37,819 bases of DNA from a virus (lineage: Duplodnaviria; Caudoviricetes). The stretch's first letter is position 1, and each line of letters begins with the position of its first letter. Positions 1-9,180 of the stretch are shown piece after piece. The position numbers were made by a program, and so were the translations under genes. Where the stretch lies: positions 1 through 37,819 of the IMG/VR virus record IMGVR_UViG_3300001380_000066; one strand, given 5' to 3'. The notes under the pieces are model-generated. The model did no database searches. It was not told where the DNA came from and saw only the letters and a program-made list of their open reading frames with translations.

Positions 1-285
1 CTCAATAATCCTAACTACAGCCTCATTAGTAATTACAGGAACTTTAGGATCGTATTGGTTAGCAAGAACAAAAGCCTCAGTCTCAGTCACCTCAACAACA
101 TTTTCAGGTAGTACAGCCAAAGCATTTACATCAGGGATTGATATTAAAAGAGCAAACTTGCCATCATCCTCATCATGAAAGTAAACATGACCCTGATTAA
201 ACTGACCAATGTTATTGTTATACCCTACTGGATACTGATAACCCGTCCCTTGTATATATGGTGGTTTAATTATGTAATATTTCAT
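1..285 (-). CDS. hypothetical protein, truncated at window edge (MKYYIIKPPYIQGTGYQYPVGY...)
   Basis: ATG at 285 preceded by AGGAGG; frame open to position 1; missing from the ORF track. Confidence 0.75.
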   Translation of the reverse strand, partial: MKYYIIKPPYIQGTGYQYPVGYNNNIGQFNQGHVYFHDEDDGKFALLISIPDVNALAVLPENVVEVTETEAFVLANQYDPKVPVITNEAVVRIIE

Positions 286-777
286 TCTCAACCTCCTTTC
301 GTATATTTTTTATCGACTCTAAATCATATAAATGACTGTTCAAAACTCTCTCACTCCTAATACTGTCCGTATCTAAATCTTTAATCTTAGTCTCGTAGGC
401 TATATACGAAAATCCTAAATCTTTTAATATCATAACTGTCTTGTTACTTGTCTGCCAGCCTGGACTTCTGTAACCATACTTCTCTGGTAAAAAAGGTCTC
501 AGACTATTCAAGGCTTTTTCAATCCACTCAGCCTCATTTTCTCTGTCACCATCTGGTGGAAATTTGTGATCGTAGCTGTGAACAGCAATCTCAACCCAGT
601 CTTTATGTTCACCAAACCAAGTTTTAAAAATGTCAGACTCCACCAATAATTCTTCATTGTTAAAATTGCCTATCGTAAAAGCAATAATTTCCAAACTTGG
701 TATTTTTTTTTTAACTTATCAAAATACTTAAAATTATCTAAATATGACAAACACAGATCATCTGTTGTTATTATCAT
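266..777 (-). pseudogene. polysaccharide deacetylase-like (NodB/CE4-type) gene with a 1-nt frameshift at or near an A10 tract (703-712)
   Basis: ATG at 777 is TAATG-coupled to the upstream stop and encodes MIITTDDL (DD motif); the downstream frame has HSYDH and GYRSPGW motifs; the span is 512 nt, one short of in-frame. Confidence 0.75.
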
Positions 778-2054
778 TATGTTAATGTCGTTTTCCAATA
801 CTGGCAGGTAATAGCAACCGTTCCCGCACCTACAGTATGAAAAATAATCTCAGATTGTGTACCAGAATTGATTGGTGGATTAAAATCTCTTGCTATACCG
901 CCACCAGGAGGGAAAAGCCCTTGTGCTAGGATAGATCCACCTGATATGGCTGATCCAAACATTACTCTAACATCAGTTGTACCTGTTTGAACTACTATTG
1001 AAAGACCCGATACCACATGAGAAGTACCACCACCTGATGTTCCCGATATTGTACCAAAAGCCGAGCCTGCTGCACCGAATAATGTCCCGAATGTAAGAAC
1101 TTGTGAGCCAGCAGGAACCATGATTTGCCTGAAAGTACCTGCGGTGATTGTTCCGTTAGCAAGAGCAGTTAAAGTCCCTGCAATTTGTGTGGTAACCGTA
1201 CCTGCAGTTTGGATTATTGATCCCGTAGTGACATTTACCGTTCCAACTGTTACCACTACAGATCCCCCTTCAACTCTAGTTATTGTTCCCTTGTCTAAAT
1301 TTAAAAGGGTTCCTGTTGTAGCGACATTAGTGAGCGAACCTGTAGTCACCGTGCCCGCTGTTTGGACGATTGACCCATTAGTTACAAGAACAGTTCCTAA
1401 TGTTATAACAACACTTCCTCCTTCAAGACGTGTAATTGTTCCCTTATCTTGGTTTAGGAGTGTACCAACGGTAGCTACGTTCGTTAAAGAACCTGTAGTT
1501 AATGTACCCGAGGCTTGAACTATAGTTCCGTTTGTCACCAAAACCGTACCTAGCGTAACTACAATTGACCCTGTAGTGAGAGTACCTGCGGTTTGGACAA
1601 TAGATCCTGTTGTTATATTGGTCGTACCCTGTGTTACAACAATTGAGCCACCTTCAACACGTCCAACTGTACCAACAGTGTCTAAATCACCAATTGTTCC
1701 TGTAGTGACAACTATTGAACCTGTTGTAATATTGGTTGTCCCTTGAGTCACGACTACTGACCCGCCTTCTAAACGAGTAATCGTACCCTGATTTACATTC
1801 TGGACAGTACCAAGTCTGGCTAGTGTCCCTGTTTCTACATTTGAAACAACTACAGTACCTGTAATATTTGTTGTTCCAGACGCACCTGAAAGATCCTGCA
1901 CATACATAGCGCCAGTGTCAGGATTGACCGCTATTGGAAGAGGAAGAGCCGTGCCTTTGGTGTCTGCTGTTCCCAAAGTACCAATAACCCCCATAATTGA
2001 GGGGACTTGATTAGCATCAAAATGTGAAGCATTTGGAGGCGTAATTGTACCCAT
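777..2054 (-). CDS. Gly/Thr/Val-rich repeat virion fibre with C-terminal knob domain
   Basis: repeated G[ST]xxxTx units of about 7 aa, higher-order repeats (GTITRLEGGSVV), located just downstream of the portal. Confidence 0.7.
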   Translation of the reverse strand: MGTITPPNASHFDANQVPSIMGVIGTLGTADTKGTALPLPIAVNPDTGAMYVQDLSGASGTTNITGTVVVSNVETGTLARLGTVQNVNQGTITRLEGGSVVVTQGTTNITTGSIVVTTGTIGDLDTVGTVGRVEGGSIVVTQGTTNITTGSIVQTAGTLTTGSIVVTLGTVLVTNGTIVQASGTLTTGSLTNVATVGTLLNQDKGTITRLEGGSVVITLGTVLVTNGSIVQTAGTVTTGSLTNVATTGTLLNLDKGTITRVEGGSVVVTVGTVNVTTGSIIQTAGTVTTQIAGTLTALANGTITAGTFRQIMVPAGSQVLTFGTLFGAAGSAFGTISGTSGGGTSHVVSGLSIVVQTGTTDVRVMFGSAISGGSILAQGLFPPGGGIARDFNPPINSGTQSEIIFHTVGAGTVAITCQYWKTTLT

Positions 2055-2401
2055 TATTGTTTTTTAAGATAATTTTTGGTTTTTAAGAATTTACCTTTTT
2101 TAAATCTATCAGCTCTATTTTGTTGTTTAGTATTTGTTGTAGGCATGAGATTTTTAATTTGTTCTTTAACGCTCTTAACAACAGTGGTTTTGGATCCTTG
2201 AGAAGTTTCAGGAATTGAGATAGCCTTTTTCTTTATAAGAATTACACGAATAGGGCTTGAGCCACTAACTGTGTCTAATATCTCCCCTTCCATGTTATGC
2301 TCTGATAAGAACTTGGAAAAAGCATTTTCAAACTGATAGACATGTTGAAAAGCATCCGTATCAACAATGTATTGGTACCACATTACGGCTTTCTTAGCCA
2401 T
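2054..2401 (-). CDS. hypothetical protein
   Basis: 115-aa ORF overlapping both neighbours. Confidence 0.7.
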   Translation of the reverse strand: MAKKAVMWYQYIVDTDAFQHVYQFENAFSKFLSEHNMEGEILDTVSGSSPIRVILIKKKAISIPETSQGSKTTVVKSVKEQIKNLMPTTNTKQQNRADRFKKGKFLKTKNYLKKQ

Positions 2402-2582
2402 GCATCATCTCCTTTTTAGCCATCATTACGGCATTTCGTGAATAGTTACGTTTAGATGGCTTTCTCTTTTTAGCTTTACTCATAGCAATTGCAATACTTT
2501 GCATTCTTGGTTTACCCTCACGCATTAAAGCTGATATATTACTACTTATTACTGCCGGGCCAGAACCACTTTTAAGAGGCAT
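2394..2582 (-). CDS. small basic phage protein (MPLKxG...ISxNI...QxxAIA type), often near portal genes
   Basis: recognisable motif; overlapping gene arrangement. Confidence 0.7.
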   Translation of the reverse strand: MPLKSGSGPAVISSNISALMREGKPRMQSIAIAMSKAKKRKPSKRNYSRNAVMMAKKEMMHG

Positions 2583-4683
2583 TATCCCCTCTATTCTGTG
2601 CTTGTTTCATGGCTATTTCCTGTGCTTCCTGCTCTTGTCTTGCAATATTTTCTGGTGATTCTTGAATCCCTGCTTGAGCAGCTAATTGTGATTTCCCCTC
2701 GGGGCTTAAATCCTTATAAGAAATAGATCTTGATGGTGGTTTTTCTTCTTGTGGTTCTTCCTTGTTTAACATGCCTGTGTCTTTGATAACCTCGGCTGTT
2801 GCTATTTTGCCCTCTTCTATCCTCATTTTGGTATCAGGTAGGATCTCTGATCCTTTCAAGTCTTTCATAACTTCCATCATACCTACTTTAATCTTTTCGA
2901 TGTCCTGATCTGTCATTGCACCTTTATTCTCCTCTAATGCTTCCATAAATTCGCTAGTTGATCCAAATTGATACGTTTCTAGTAGTTTCTCCATGAACAC
3001 CGCTACCGCTTGTTGGTTGACAAATCCTTGTTGGGCCATAGTGACCATGAAGTTTGCCAACTCTAGTGCATTTTGTTGTTTACCTTGCTTTGTGTAACCC
3101 ATGCCAGCTTCAACTTCTATATCTACATGATATTCCTTTGAAATAGGTATCGTGTCAGGTGGTGGCGGGACACCCAATTGTTGTCTTTTCTCCATCACCG
3201 ATTTACCCATAATGTCAAACCACTGCGGTTCACCCTTTTCTAGATACATAACAGACTGAGGCTGGACGAAATAATCATCGGCGATATTCATAAAACTCAT
3301 GGCGATTCTTCTTACCGTTTGTTTAAAACGTCGTTGTGCAATAACTAAATTGGCATATTCAGATTCTTTTAAGGATTCAATAGCCCGTGCTGCCTTGACA
3401 CCTGCGGGGATTTTACCTAATGTTGTTGTAGATACACCTTGTTCTTCAATGAATGAATTTAGTACTTGGATAAAGTTGAACATAAAAGGAGGCACGGATG
3501 CTATTGGGTTTTGTTGTGGCGGTGTGGTGTTATATTTAAATATCTGTCCTCCTGCTTGATTGCTTGGTTTATCAGGCTCACCATTTTTAATTGACCATGA
3601 TCCAACAACCATCGTGTGTGCATATCTCTCGATTCGTGAAACAAGAGTATCTAGTGATTTATTAGTTGGGATGAACCTTTCGATCATAGGCACCTGATAG
3701 ATAGGCCCTGGTTCCATTCTAAAATCAACAAAAGGGTATTTATCTATGTCTAAGTATTCATCAAACAACCAAATATTGCCTGCTACAAACGAATGTCTGA
3801 TAACCACATCGCCTTCGTCTTTTTCCTTAAGAATCTCGCCACCATTTTGTTGGGATCTAATACGTTCCTTGTTATTCTTATTTAGATATTCTTTGATAAA
3901 TGCTTCTTTTAGGATAACTGTTTGTGTGGCCTCGGTCGTTGTGGCAGAACCATATCGTGATCTTTGGTAAGCCTCCTTAATCTCCGACGAGGCTAGTTTG
4001 TTATCTGGTGAAATCTTCTCTCGTTGAGTTGGATCAAATAACTCATTAGCTTTAATCTCTACTATTAATTTAGGTATACCTTTAATTAGAATAGGACAAT
4101 CTTGGATATCGGTTAAAGATCCATCTAGATAAATATCATGAGCATCGTAAACTTGAGTCCTGATGGCCTCATCTACCGCATCAGGCCAGATTTGCATGTA
4201 CGACACTCCCTTGACCATAGAAAGAATCAACATATGGGCCAGTTTTTCGTTAATCTCTTGGTTTTTAAACTCTTCCTCAATCCAATGGCCTACAAGTTTA
4301 GCTATCCACTTAGATTGTTTACGAGCCTCCTCAAGCCCTTGAGGATCTTGATCGAAGGCGTGTGCGTTAACTTTTTCGGGGTAAACCGTAGGTGTAGGGT
4401 CGTTACTCATCAAAAGATTAGCAATACCCCGTACTTGGCGTGAAGCCTTAGGAATGGCCCTGACGGGGTTGTACATTGAAGCACGGTCAGATAAATCAAC
4501 TATTTTGTTTGTGGTGCGTTGAAGAAACCTAAAGTGATATCCATCGTCGAAGAATTGATTGTCATACCAACGTCTCTCAAATGAATATCGTTGAGATTTA
4601 TATGATGTAATCAACTCATCTACAACTTGCCCGATATTCTCTGTCGGTGTTTTAGCGGTTTGAAATTTATCTATTGCTGTCAT
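2572..4683 (-). CDS. portal protein
   Basis: 703 aa downstream of terL; portal-like segments (YPFVDFR, IPTNKSLD, AARAIESLKESE); Q/E-rich tail. Confidence 0.85.
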   Translation of the reverse strand: MTAIDKFQTAKTPTENIGQVVDELITSYKSQRYSFERRWYDNQFFDDGYHFRFLQRTTNKIVDLSDRASMYNPVRAIPKASRQVRGIANLLMSNDPTPTVYPEKVNAHAFDQDPQGLEEARKQSKWIAKLVGHWIEEEFKNQEINEKLAHMLILSMVKGVSYMQIWPDAVDEAIRTQVYDAHDIYLDGSLTDIQDCPILIKGIPKLIVEIKANELFDPTQREKISPDNKLASSEIKEAYQRSRYGSATTTEATQTVILKEAFIKEYLNKNNKERIRSQQNGGEILKEKDEGDVVIRHSFVAGNIWLFDEYLDIDKYPFVDFRMEPGPIYQVPMIERFIPTNKSLDTLVSRIERYAHTMVVGSWSIKNGEPDKPSNQAGGQIFKYNTTPPQQNPIASVPPFMFNFIQVLNSFIEEQGVSTTTLGKIPAGVKAARAIESLKESEYANLVIAQRRFKQTVRRIAMSFMNIADDYFVQPQSVMYLEKGEPQWFDIMGKSVMEKRQQLGVPPPPDTIPISKEYHVDIEVEAGMGYTKQGKQQNALELANFMVTMAQQGFVNQQAVAVFMEKLLETYQFGSTSEFMEALEENKGAMTDQDIEKIKVGMMEVMKDLKGSEILPDTKMRIEEGKIATAEVIKDTGMLNKEEPQEEKPPSRSISYKDLSPEGKSQLAAQAGIQESPENIARQEQEAQEIAMKQAQNRGDNAS

Positions 4684-4899
4684 TTATTTTTTACGCCTTA
4701 AATTAACAATTTTACCTGCTTCTCTAATAGCTCTTAAATTACCTTTAAACATTTGGTATTGACCTAATTTATATAATCTAGGTGGCTCTTTTGCTAATTT
4801 CTCTGCAATATCAAGCGATTGTTGTGTATATGTTTTAACAGTCGGTGATTTTGCTGCCTTTGATGCTAATGATATTGTTTTAATAATTGGACCAACCAT
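4684..4899 (-). CDS. small basic hypothetical protein
   Basis: 71-aa ORF directly abutting the portal ATG. Confidence 0.6.
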   Translation of the reverse strand: MVGPIIKTISLASKAAKSPTVKTYTQQSLDIAEKLAKEPPRLYKLGQYQMFKGNLRAIREAGKIVNLRRKK

Positions 4900-4978
4900 A
4901 AAAAAAGAAGCCCAAAGCGGACTTCTGTTACTCCGTATACGTAATACTAATTTTAGTTTTTTACGATGTGTTCGTCAA
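4900..4978 (-). promoter_or_regulatory. sigma70-type promoter plus leader terminator (copy A)
   Basis: TTGACG-17-TAAAAT, then AGAAGTCC/GGGCTTCT hairpin and T-tract directly before ATG. Confidence 0.75.
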
Positions 4979-5213
4979 ATACGTCATCATCAAGCTCCGA
5001 TATTTCTTCTAAATCAGCTGGCACAATCGGTGAGACATCAGGGACGTTTGTCATTTTATCGGTCAATTCTTGGTTGATAAATTCTTGTGAAGATTTAGAG
5101 ATTAGTGCGTTAATTGTCTTGGCCTTTTCTTTGTTCTCTAAATAGATATAGATAGCAAATACTACTAGGGTTGTGATGTTAGTTATACCGAGAATGATAA
5201 GTGCTGCAATCAT
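4953..5213 (-). CDS. N-terminally anchored membrane protein
   Basis: hydrophobic first ~26 aa, acidic tail. Confidence 0.7.
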   Translation of the reverse strand: MIAALIILGITNITTLVVFAIYIYLENKEKAKTINALISKSSQEFINQELTDKMTNVPDVSPIVPADLEEISELDDDVFDEHIVKN

Positions 5214-5220
5214 AGTTTAA

Positions 5221-5502
5221 TCATAGTTTAACTTTTAATACCTTAGCTATATTAATAACCATAGATTCCAAACAATCATTGTGATGATCCCGCATTTCCC
5301 CTCCACAGGCAGAACATGCAGAATGGGTTAACGGATGATCTACCTTTAAGTTCTTAATTGCCTCTTCTATCATTTCGTCTATTATCCAATATCCATAATC
5401 TATTCCATGCTGTTTAGAAATGAGTCTATTTTTTCTATTAACAGGATCTAACCTTTGTCTATTCTTTTCTCTAGTCTCTTCGTTAGTCTCCTCATCCATC
5501 AT
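5221..5502 (-). CDS. hypothetical protein with CxxC...H...C motif
   Basis: CSACGGEMRDHHNDC; ATGA overlap with upstream gene. Confidence 0.6.
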   Translation of the reverse strand: MMDEETNEETREKNRQRLDPVNRKNRLISKQHGIDYGYWIIDEMIEEAIKNLKVDHPLTHSACSACGGEMRDHHNDCLESMVINIAKVLKVKL

Positions 5503-6062
5503 TGAACGATGTATTGGGCTTTTAGGTACTTCTGAAGCGGATTCGGTAACACATATTCGTCAAACTGATAACTAATAGGGTCTAAGTGTTCAAAGAAATT
5601 GTAATCTCTTGTAATAATCTTGATCTCAATTGGCACACCGACAAAATCATATGAGATTATATGTTCTTCAGGCTCAAATACCATTGTTTTGGAAATACCT
5701 CTATCTTGATACTTACGAAGATAAGTAACAATTGTTGATCTACGTTCTGGTGTGAGTTCTTTTTCTCTTAAACCTACGGTGATCTTATCCCCTGTTAAAT
5801 GACCTTCTTTAACACTTTTGGCAGTCTCACCTAGAAGTAGACACCTAAGTCCTGCTAGTGCTTCAAATAAATCAAATACATCACGAAGGGCTTTATGTAA
5901 GTTGGCATCATCTAGTTGCTTGGCCTTGATACGATAGTTTTGATCTAATGCCTCATCATATGGCTGCCCATTCGTCTGCGTCTGCGTCTTCGCTTTCTTG
6001 GTATCTTGATCTTGCGAGTCGTTTTTGGAACTCACCTTGGATGATTGAAGGTTCTTGGTCAC
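5499..6062 (-). CDS. LicD/fukutin-like nucleotidyltransferase-fold protein (degenerate)
   Basis: LLLGETAKSVKEG resembles the LicD GTLLGAVR motif; C-terminal FFEHLDPISY...VLPNPLQKYL resembles the LicD end; the true start may be further downstream. Confidence 0.45.
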   Translation of the reverse strand: MTKNLQSSKVSSKNDSQDQDTKKAKTQTQTNGQPYDEALDQNYRIKAKQLDDANLHKALRDVFDLFEALAGLRCLLLGETAKSVKEGHLTGDKITVGLREKELTPERRSTIVTYLRKYQDRGISKTMVFEPEEHIISYDFVGVPIEIKIITRDYNFFEHLDPISYQFDEYVLPNPLQKYLKAQYIVQ

Positions 6063-7290
6063 TCTCCCTAGAGTATAGTGGATTTAATCCCCATACTGCA
6101 AGAGCATGGGCGATAACACAATCATCGTGCAACCCTATTGGTGCAGAATAAGTCACCTTTGCTGTCTTCTCAGAAATATCATAAGTAAACTGACTTAATT
6201 CTTTAATGGTTTCAGGTGCATACTCAGGTTTCCATATTCTAATTTTCTTTGTTTGAATCCATGCAGATAGTTTTTCAATTACCTGTCGTTTAGAGTCGTT
6301 AGTAAAGTGAAATGGCTCAACAGGAACTTCCATCCTTGCTAGTTCTTCAACAATTGGTGCTCCAAGCCCTGTCTCATCAATTATTATTCTGGCACCATTG
6401 AAATGCCTAGATGTCTCAGCAATCCTGGCTTTTTGCATACCCCAGTCTAATTTGTTCCATCTAGCTTGATAGACCTGATGATTATTCCCCGCATCATAAA
6501 CTGCCAATACAGTGTAGTCTTGAACTTTAGCTAAATCACAACCAATAACATAAGTGTGATCAGGATGCGGTTCCTTAGGCTCAGCTGTTGCTATGTCCAT
6601 AAATCCTCTAAACACCACACCAGTATCTTCAAGAAACTCAGCGTATACCTCTTGCTTAATTACCTTTTCAGGCATTGATTCCGATTCAATGTCTTCTAAG
6701 ATTCGTTTGTGTATTTTTTTGAAAGGACTATCAAAACTACTAAAATGGAATGATTGATATTTCTTTTGATCCTCATCAAGTCCTAATTGATATAATTTCT
6801 CAAATATCCCGCCTCGGCCTTTTGGCGTGCCACCGATCACAACCTGACAATCATAGTCCCAAAACATAGGTTTTATGGCATAGTCCCAGAGATAATCATC
6901 TGTTAAAATAATTCCTGCCTCATTCAGAAACGCCTTGTCATAACCAAAACCTTCCATGTTCTCGGGATGTTCTGCACTTCTAAAATCGATGTATGCTTCA
7001 GCAATTTCAAGTATCTTTTGTTGTTTACGCCAATGCCATAGATGCTGGGGAAGTTTCTTGAGTTCGGGAATAAAATATCTTTCTATATACTTCTCTATAT
7101 TTGCATTAACTACATCAACCCATAAACCTTTTTTAAATTTACCCGCCAAAGCACAGGCCATGAAATCATTTGCAGCACCTTTGGTTAAACCAAATCGTCT
7201 ACCTTTGGCTACTATTTTAAATCTATGAGGGTCGTCGAAGATTGCTTGTTGTTTGGGAAAGTTCTCTATTGCCAGATTTATATTTATCAT
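5956..7290 (-). CDS. terL: terminase large subunit
   Basis: KGRRFGLT (Walker A variant), FLNEAG (Walker B variant), GTPKG coupling motif, IGCDLAK and HDDCVIA nuclease motifs. Confidence 0.95.
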   Translation of the reverse strand: MININLAIENFPKQQAIFDDPHRFKIVAKGRRFGLTKGAANDFMACALAGKFKKGLWVDVVNANIEKYIERYFIPELKKLPQHLWHWRKQQKILEIAEAYIDFRSAEHPENMEGFGYDKAFLNEAGIILTDDYLWDYAIKPMFWDYDCQVVIGGTPKGRGGIFEKLYQLGLDEDQKKYQSFHFSSFDSPFKKIHKRILEDIESESMPEKVIKQEVYAEFLEDTGVVFRGFMDIATAEPKEPHPDHTYVIGCDLAKVQDYTVLAVYDAGNNHQVYQARWNKLDWGMQKARIAETSRHFNGARIIIDETGLGAPIVEELARMEVPVEPFHFTNDSKRQVIEKLSAWIQTKKIRIWKPEYAPETIKELSQFTYDISEKTAKVTYSAPIGLHDDCVIAHALAVWGLNPLYSRESDQEPSIIQGEFQKRLARSRYQESEDADADEWAAI

Positions 7291-7721
7291 TCATCTTCTT
7301 CTAATTCCCTATACGCCTTTTCGTCTCTTACTATTCTAATTTGTACAGGCCCGTTAATAGTTAACGAATTTGTTGCTGGATCTACTGCATATCCTTTTGT
7401 TTTATAACCCAACTCAACTGCCTTAAGTCTTGTAGGGTGATCAGGTACTTCAATAAAATCATCAGTATCAACATCAGCTTCTTTACTTGTAACTCGTGCT
7501 GATATAACCTTAGTTGCATCTAGTGCTTCTCTGTGTCTTTCAAACAATTTATCATCTGGTAAGTATTCTTCCATTGCTTCTCTCCATGCTTTTGAGGTTG
7601 TTAAATTCTTTGGTGTTTCTGAAGTCTCTTTTGAATAACCAGCATCTAACATTGCTTGTCCTAGTGGTTTTCCGAGATTTTCCGAGAGGTCTTTAATTAC
7701 AGCTGCTTGCTTTTGTGTCAT
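7287..7721 (-). CDS. terS: terminase small subunit
   Basis: HTH-like AMLDAGYS, DHPTRLKAVEL motif, ATGA-coupled to terL. Confidence 0.8.
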   Translation of the reverse strand: MTQKQAAVIKDLSENLGKPLGQAMLDAGYSKETSETPKNLTTSKAWREAMEEYLPDDKLFERHREALDATKVISARVTSKEADVDTDDFIEVPDHPTRLKAVELGYKTKGYAVDPATNSLTINGPVQIRIVRDEKAYRELEEDE

Positions 7722-7728
7722 AGAATAT

Positions 7729-7737
7729 ATTATAACA
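7729..7737 (-). promoter_or_regulatory. extended -10 promoter for terS (near-leaderless)
   Basis: TGTTATAAT ending 7 nt before the ATG; upstream hairpin ACTCTAA/TTAGAGT (7752-7799). Confidence 0.5.
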
Positions 7738-7802
7738 AGAAGTTTTAGTCCACTCTAAGCCTCTTGCACCATTGCCGGTTATAAGTAAGGGTTTAGAGTA
7801 GG

Positions 7803-8852
7803 TCATATTATAGGTAAATGATCCTCTGTCGCAACCTGTGCTGCGGGGAATCTATAACCATTTTGATAAATAAATTCACCATTTGTTACAAATTCTTTAG
7901 TAGGATCAAACTTTTTAAGAGGTGGATTACTTTTAGCTAATTCTTTCCCAACCTCACTAGTCGTTTTACCAGGATACTTGCCCATAAATATTTCAATCGC
8001 TTTTTTAAAATATTCATCAGCAGAAGGTTCAATTATTTTATTACCCATTTTATAAATGCGTAATGGTAGTTCTCCTCTTTTAAATCCAAAAGTCACCATT
8101 CTGTTTTTATCGTGTAAATATTCATTTTTGTAAATTAATGACTCGTCTCGTTTACAATGTGGTAAAATTTTTTCAATCTGGTTTACAAAAGTATCATCAA
8201 ATTTGTCGCCCTTAATAAAAACTTTACTCTCACCCTTAAAAAACTCTCTTGACCGATTAAGAGTAATAAAAAATAAACTAGGTTCATTTGGATGAAAATA
8301 CAATTTCTGAAATAGTTTTTCTACCTCATCATTTTTGTCTTCATTCCAATTTCCACAATAATCTAAATAAATTAGGTCAAATTGACCCTCACCAACAGAT
8401 ACTGAAGCCAAATGTGTGTCGATTAAATTTGATAATTTACCCCAACCCCATTTCAAATTTAGCTCTTTCATTATAGGTTCTAATTTCGGGTCAACGTCAA
8501 CAGAAGTAACTTTTGCATTTAAAGTTTTAATCGCTTTTTCTCGAAAAGTTCCACTACCAAAAAATTCCAAAATATGAGGGGATTTTTCAAAAGACTCTCC
8601 AATTATTTTGTTTGAAATATATTTCGCAGTACAAACTAAAATATTCGTCATATCATTCAATTTCTCAAAACTTTGATATCGTTGCCTTAGTAATGTTTGG
8701 TATCTTTTAGATGCTGCCAGCTTCCCAGGACAAGACATCTTGCCACAAGTCGGCCATTTTTTGGTCTTCGAATTACAAACTATACATTTCGTCCACTTTT
8801 TTTCTTCCTCCATCTCATCAATTTTCTTTTTCGCCAACTCTAAATAACTCAT
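7803..8852 (-). CDS. class I SAM-dependent methyltransferase-fold protein with N-terminal Cys4 finger
   Basis: ILEFFGSG, VTSVDVD and FDLIYLDYCG motifs; start moved to ATG 8852, which overlaps the upstream stop (ATGA). Confidence 0.6.
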   Translation of the reverse strand: MSYLELAKKKIDEMEEEKKWTKCIVCNSKTKKWPTCGKMSCPGKLAASKRYQTLLRQRYQSFEKLNDMTNILVCTAKYISNKIIGESFEKSPHILEFFGSGTFREKAIKTLNAKVTSVDVDPKLEPIMKELNLKWGWGKLSNLIDTHLASVSVGEGQFDLIYLDYCGNWNEDKNDEVEKLFQKLYFHPNEPSLFFITLNRSREFFKGESKVFIKGDKFDDTFVNQIEKILPHCKRDESLIYKNEYLHDKNRMVTFGFKRGELPLRIYKMGNKIIEPSADEYFKKAIEIFMGKYPGKTTSEVGKELAKSNPPLKKFDPTKEFVTNGEFIYQNGYRFPAAQVATEDHLPII

Positions 8853-8995
8853 ACTTTCTTCGATTGGGTATCGAGTGCGCACTCAACCCAAACAGGCCCC
8901 TTTCTGTCTGTTGTTGCAAGATCATATGCTTCTTTAATTTCGTCACCTGTTTTTGTTGGACGACCTTCTGGTCTTTTAACTAATGCTTGTGTCAT
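8849..8995 (-). CDS. 48-aa ORF resembling a fragment of a TPP-dependent acetolactate-synthase-like enzyme
   Basis: IKEAYDLATTDRKGPVWVECALDTQ; ATGA-coupled at both ends. Confidence 0.45.
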   Translation of the reverse strand: MTQALVKRPEGRPTKTGDEIKEAYDLATTDRKGPVWVECALDTQSKKV

Positions 8996-9180
8996 ATTTT
9001 TAAATATTTATGTACTTTGGTTAAATTAAGATTCGTATCATCTTTTAATTTTGACCATTTCTTTATTAAACCTTTTTTAAAAGTCCCATCTTTGTTATAA
9101 AAAGCAGACTTACGTTCAATATCATCTTTAAATGACCACCACAATTTATTAAATAACCAATCTTTCTTTGTTGCTTTCAA
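8992..9180 (-). CDS. small basic hypothetical protein
   Basis: 62-aa ORF overlapping both neighbours. Confidence 0.55.
   Translation of the reverse strand: MKATKKDWLFNKLWWSFKDDIERKSAFYNKDGTFKKGLIKKWSKLKDDTNLNLTKVHKYLKI

Noticed and set aside
1180-1800. CRISPR array or DGR-like repeats
   Set aside because: The repeats are degenerate, in-frame protein repeats; no constant repeat-spacer pattern, reverse transcriptase or adenine-specific variation
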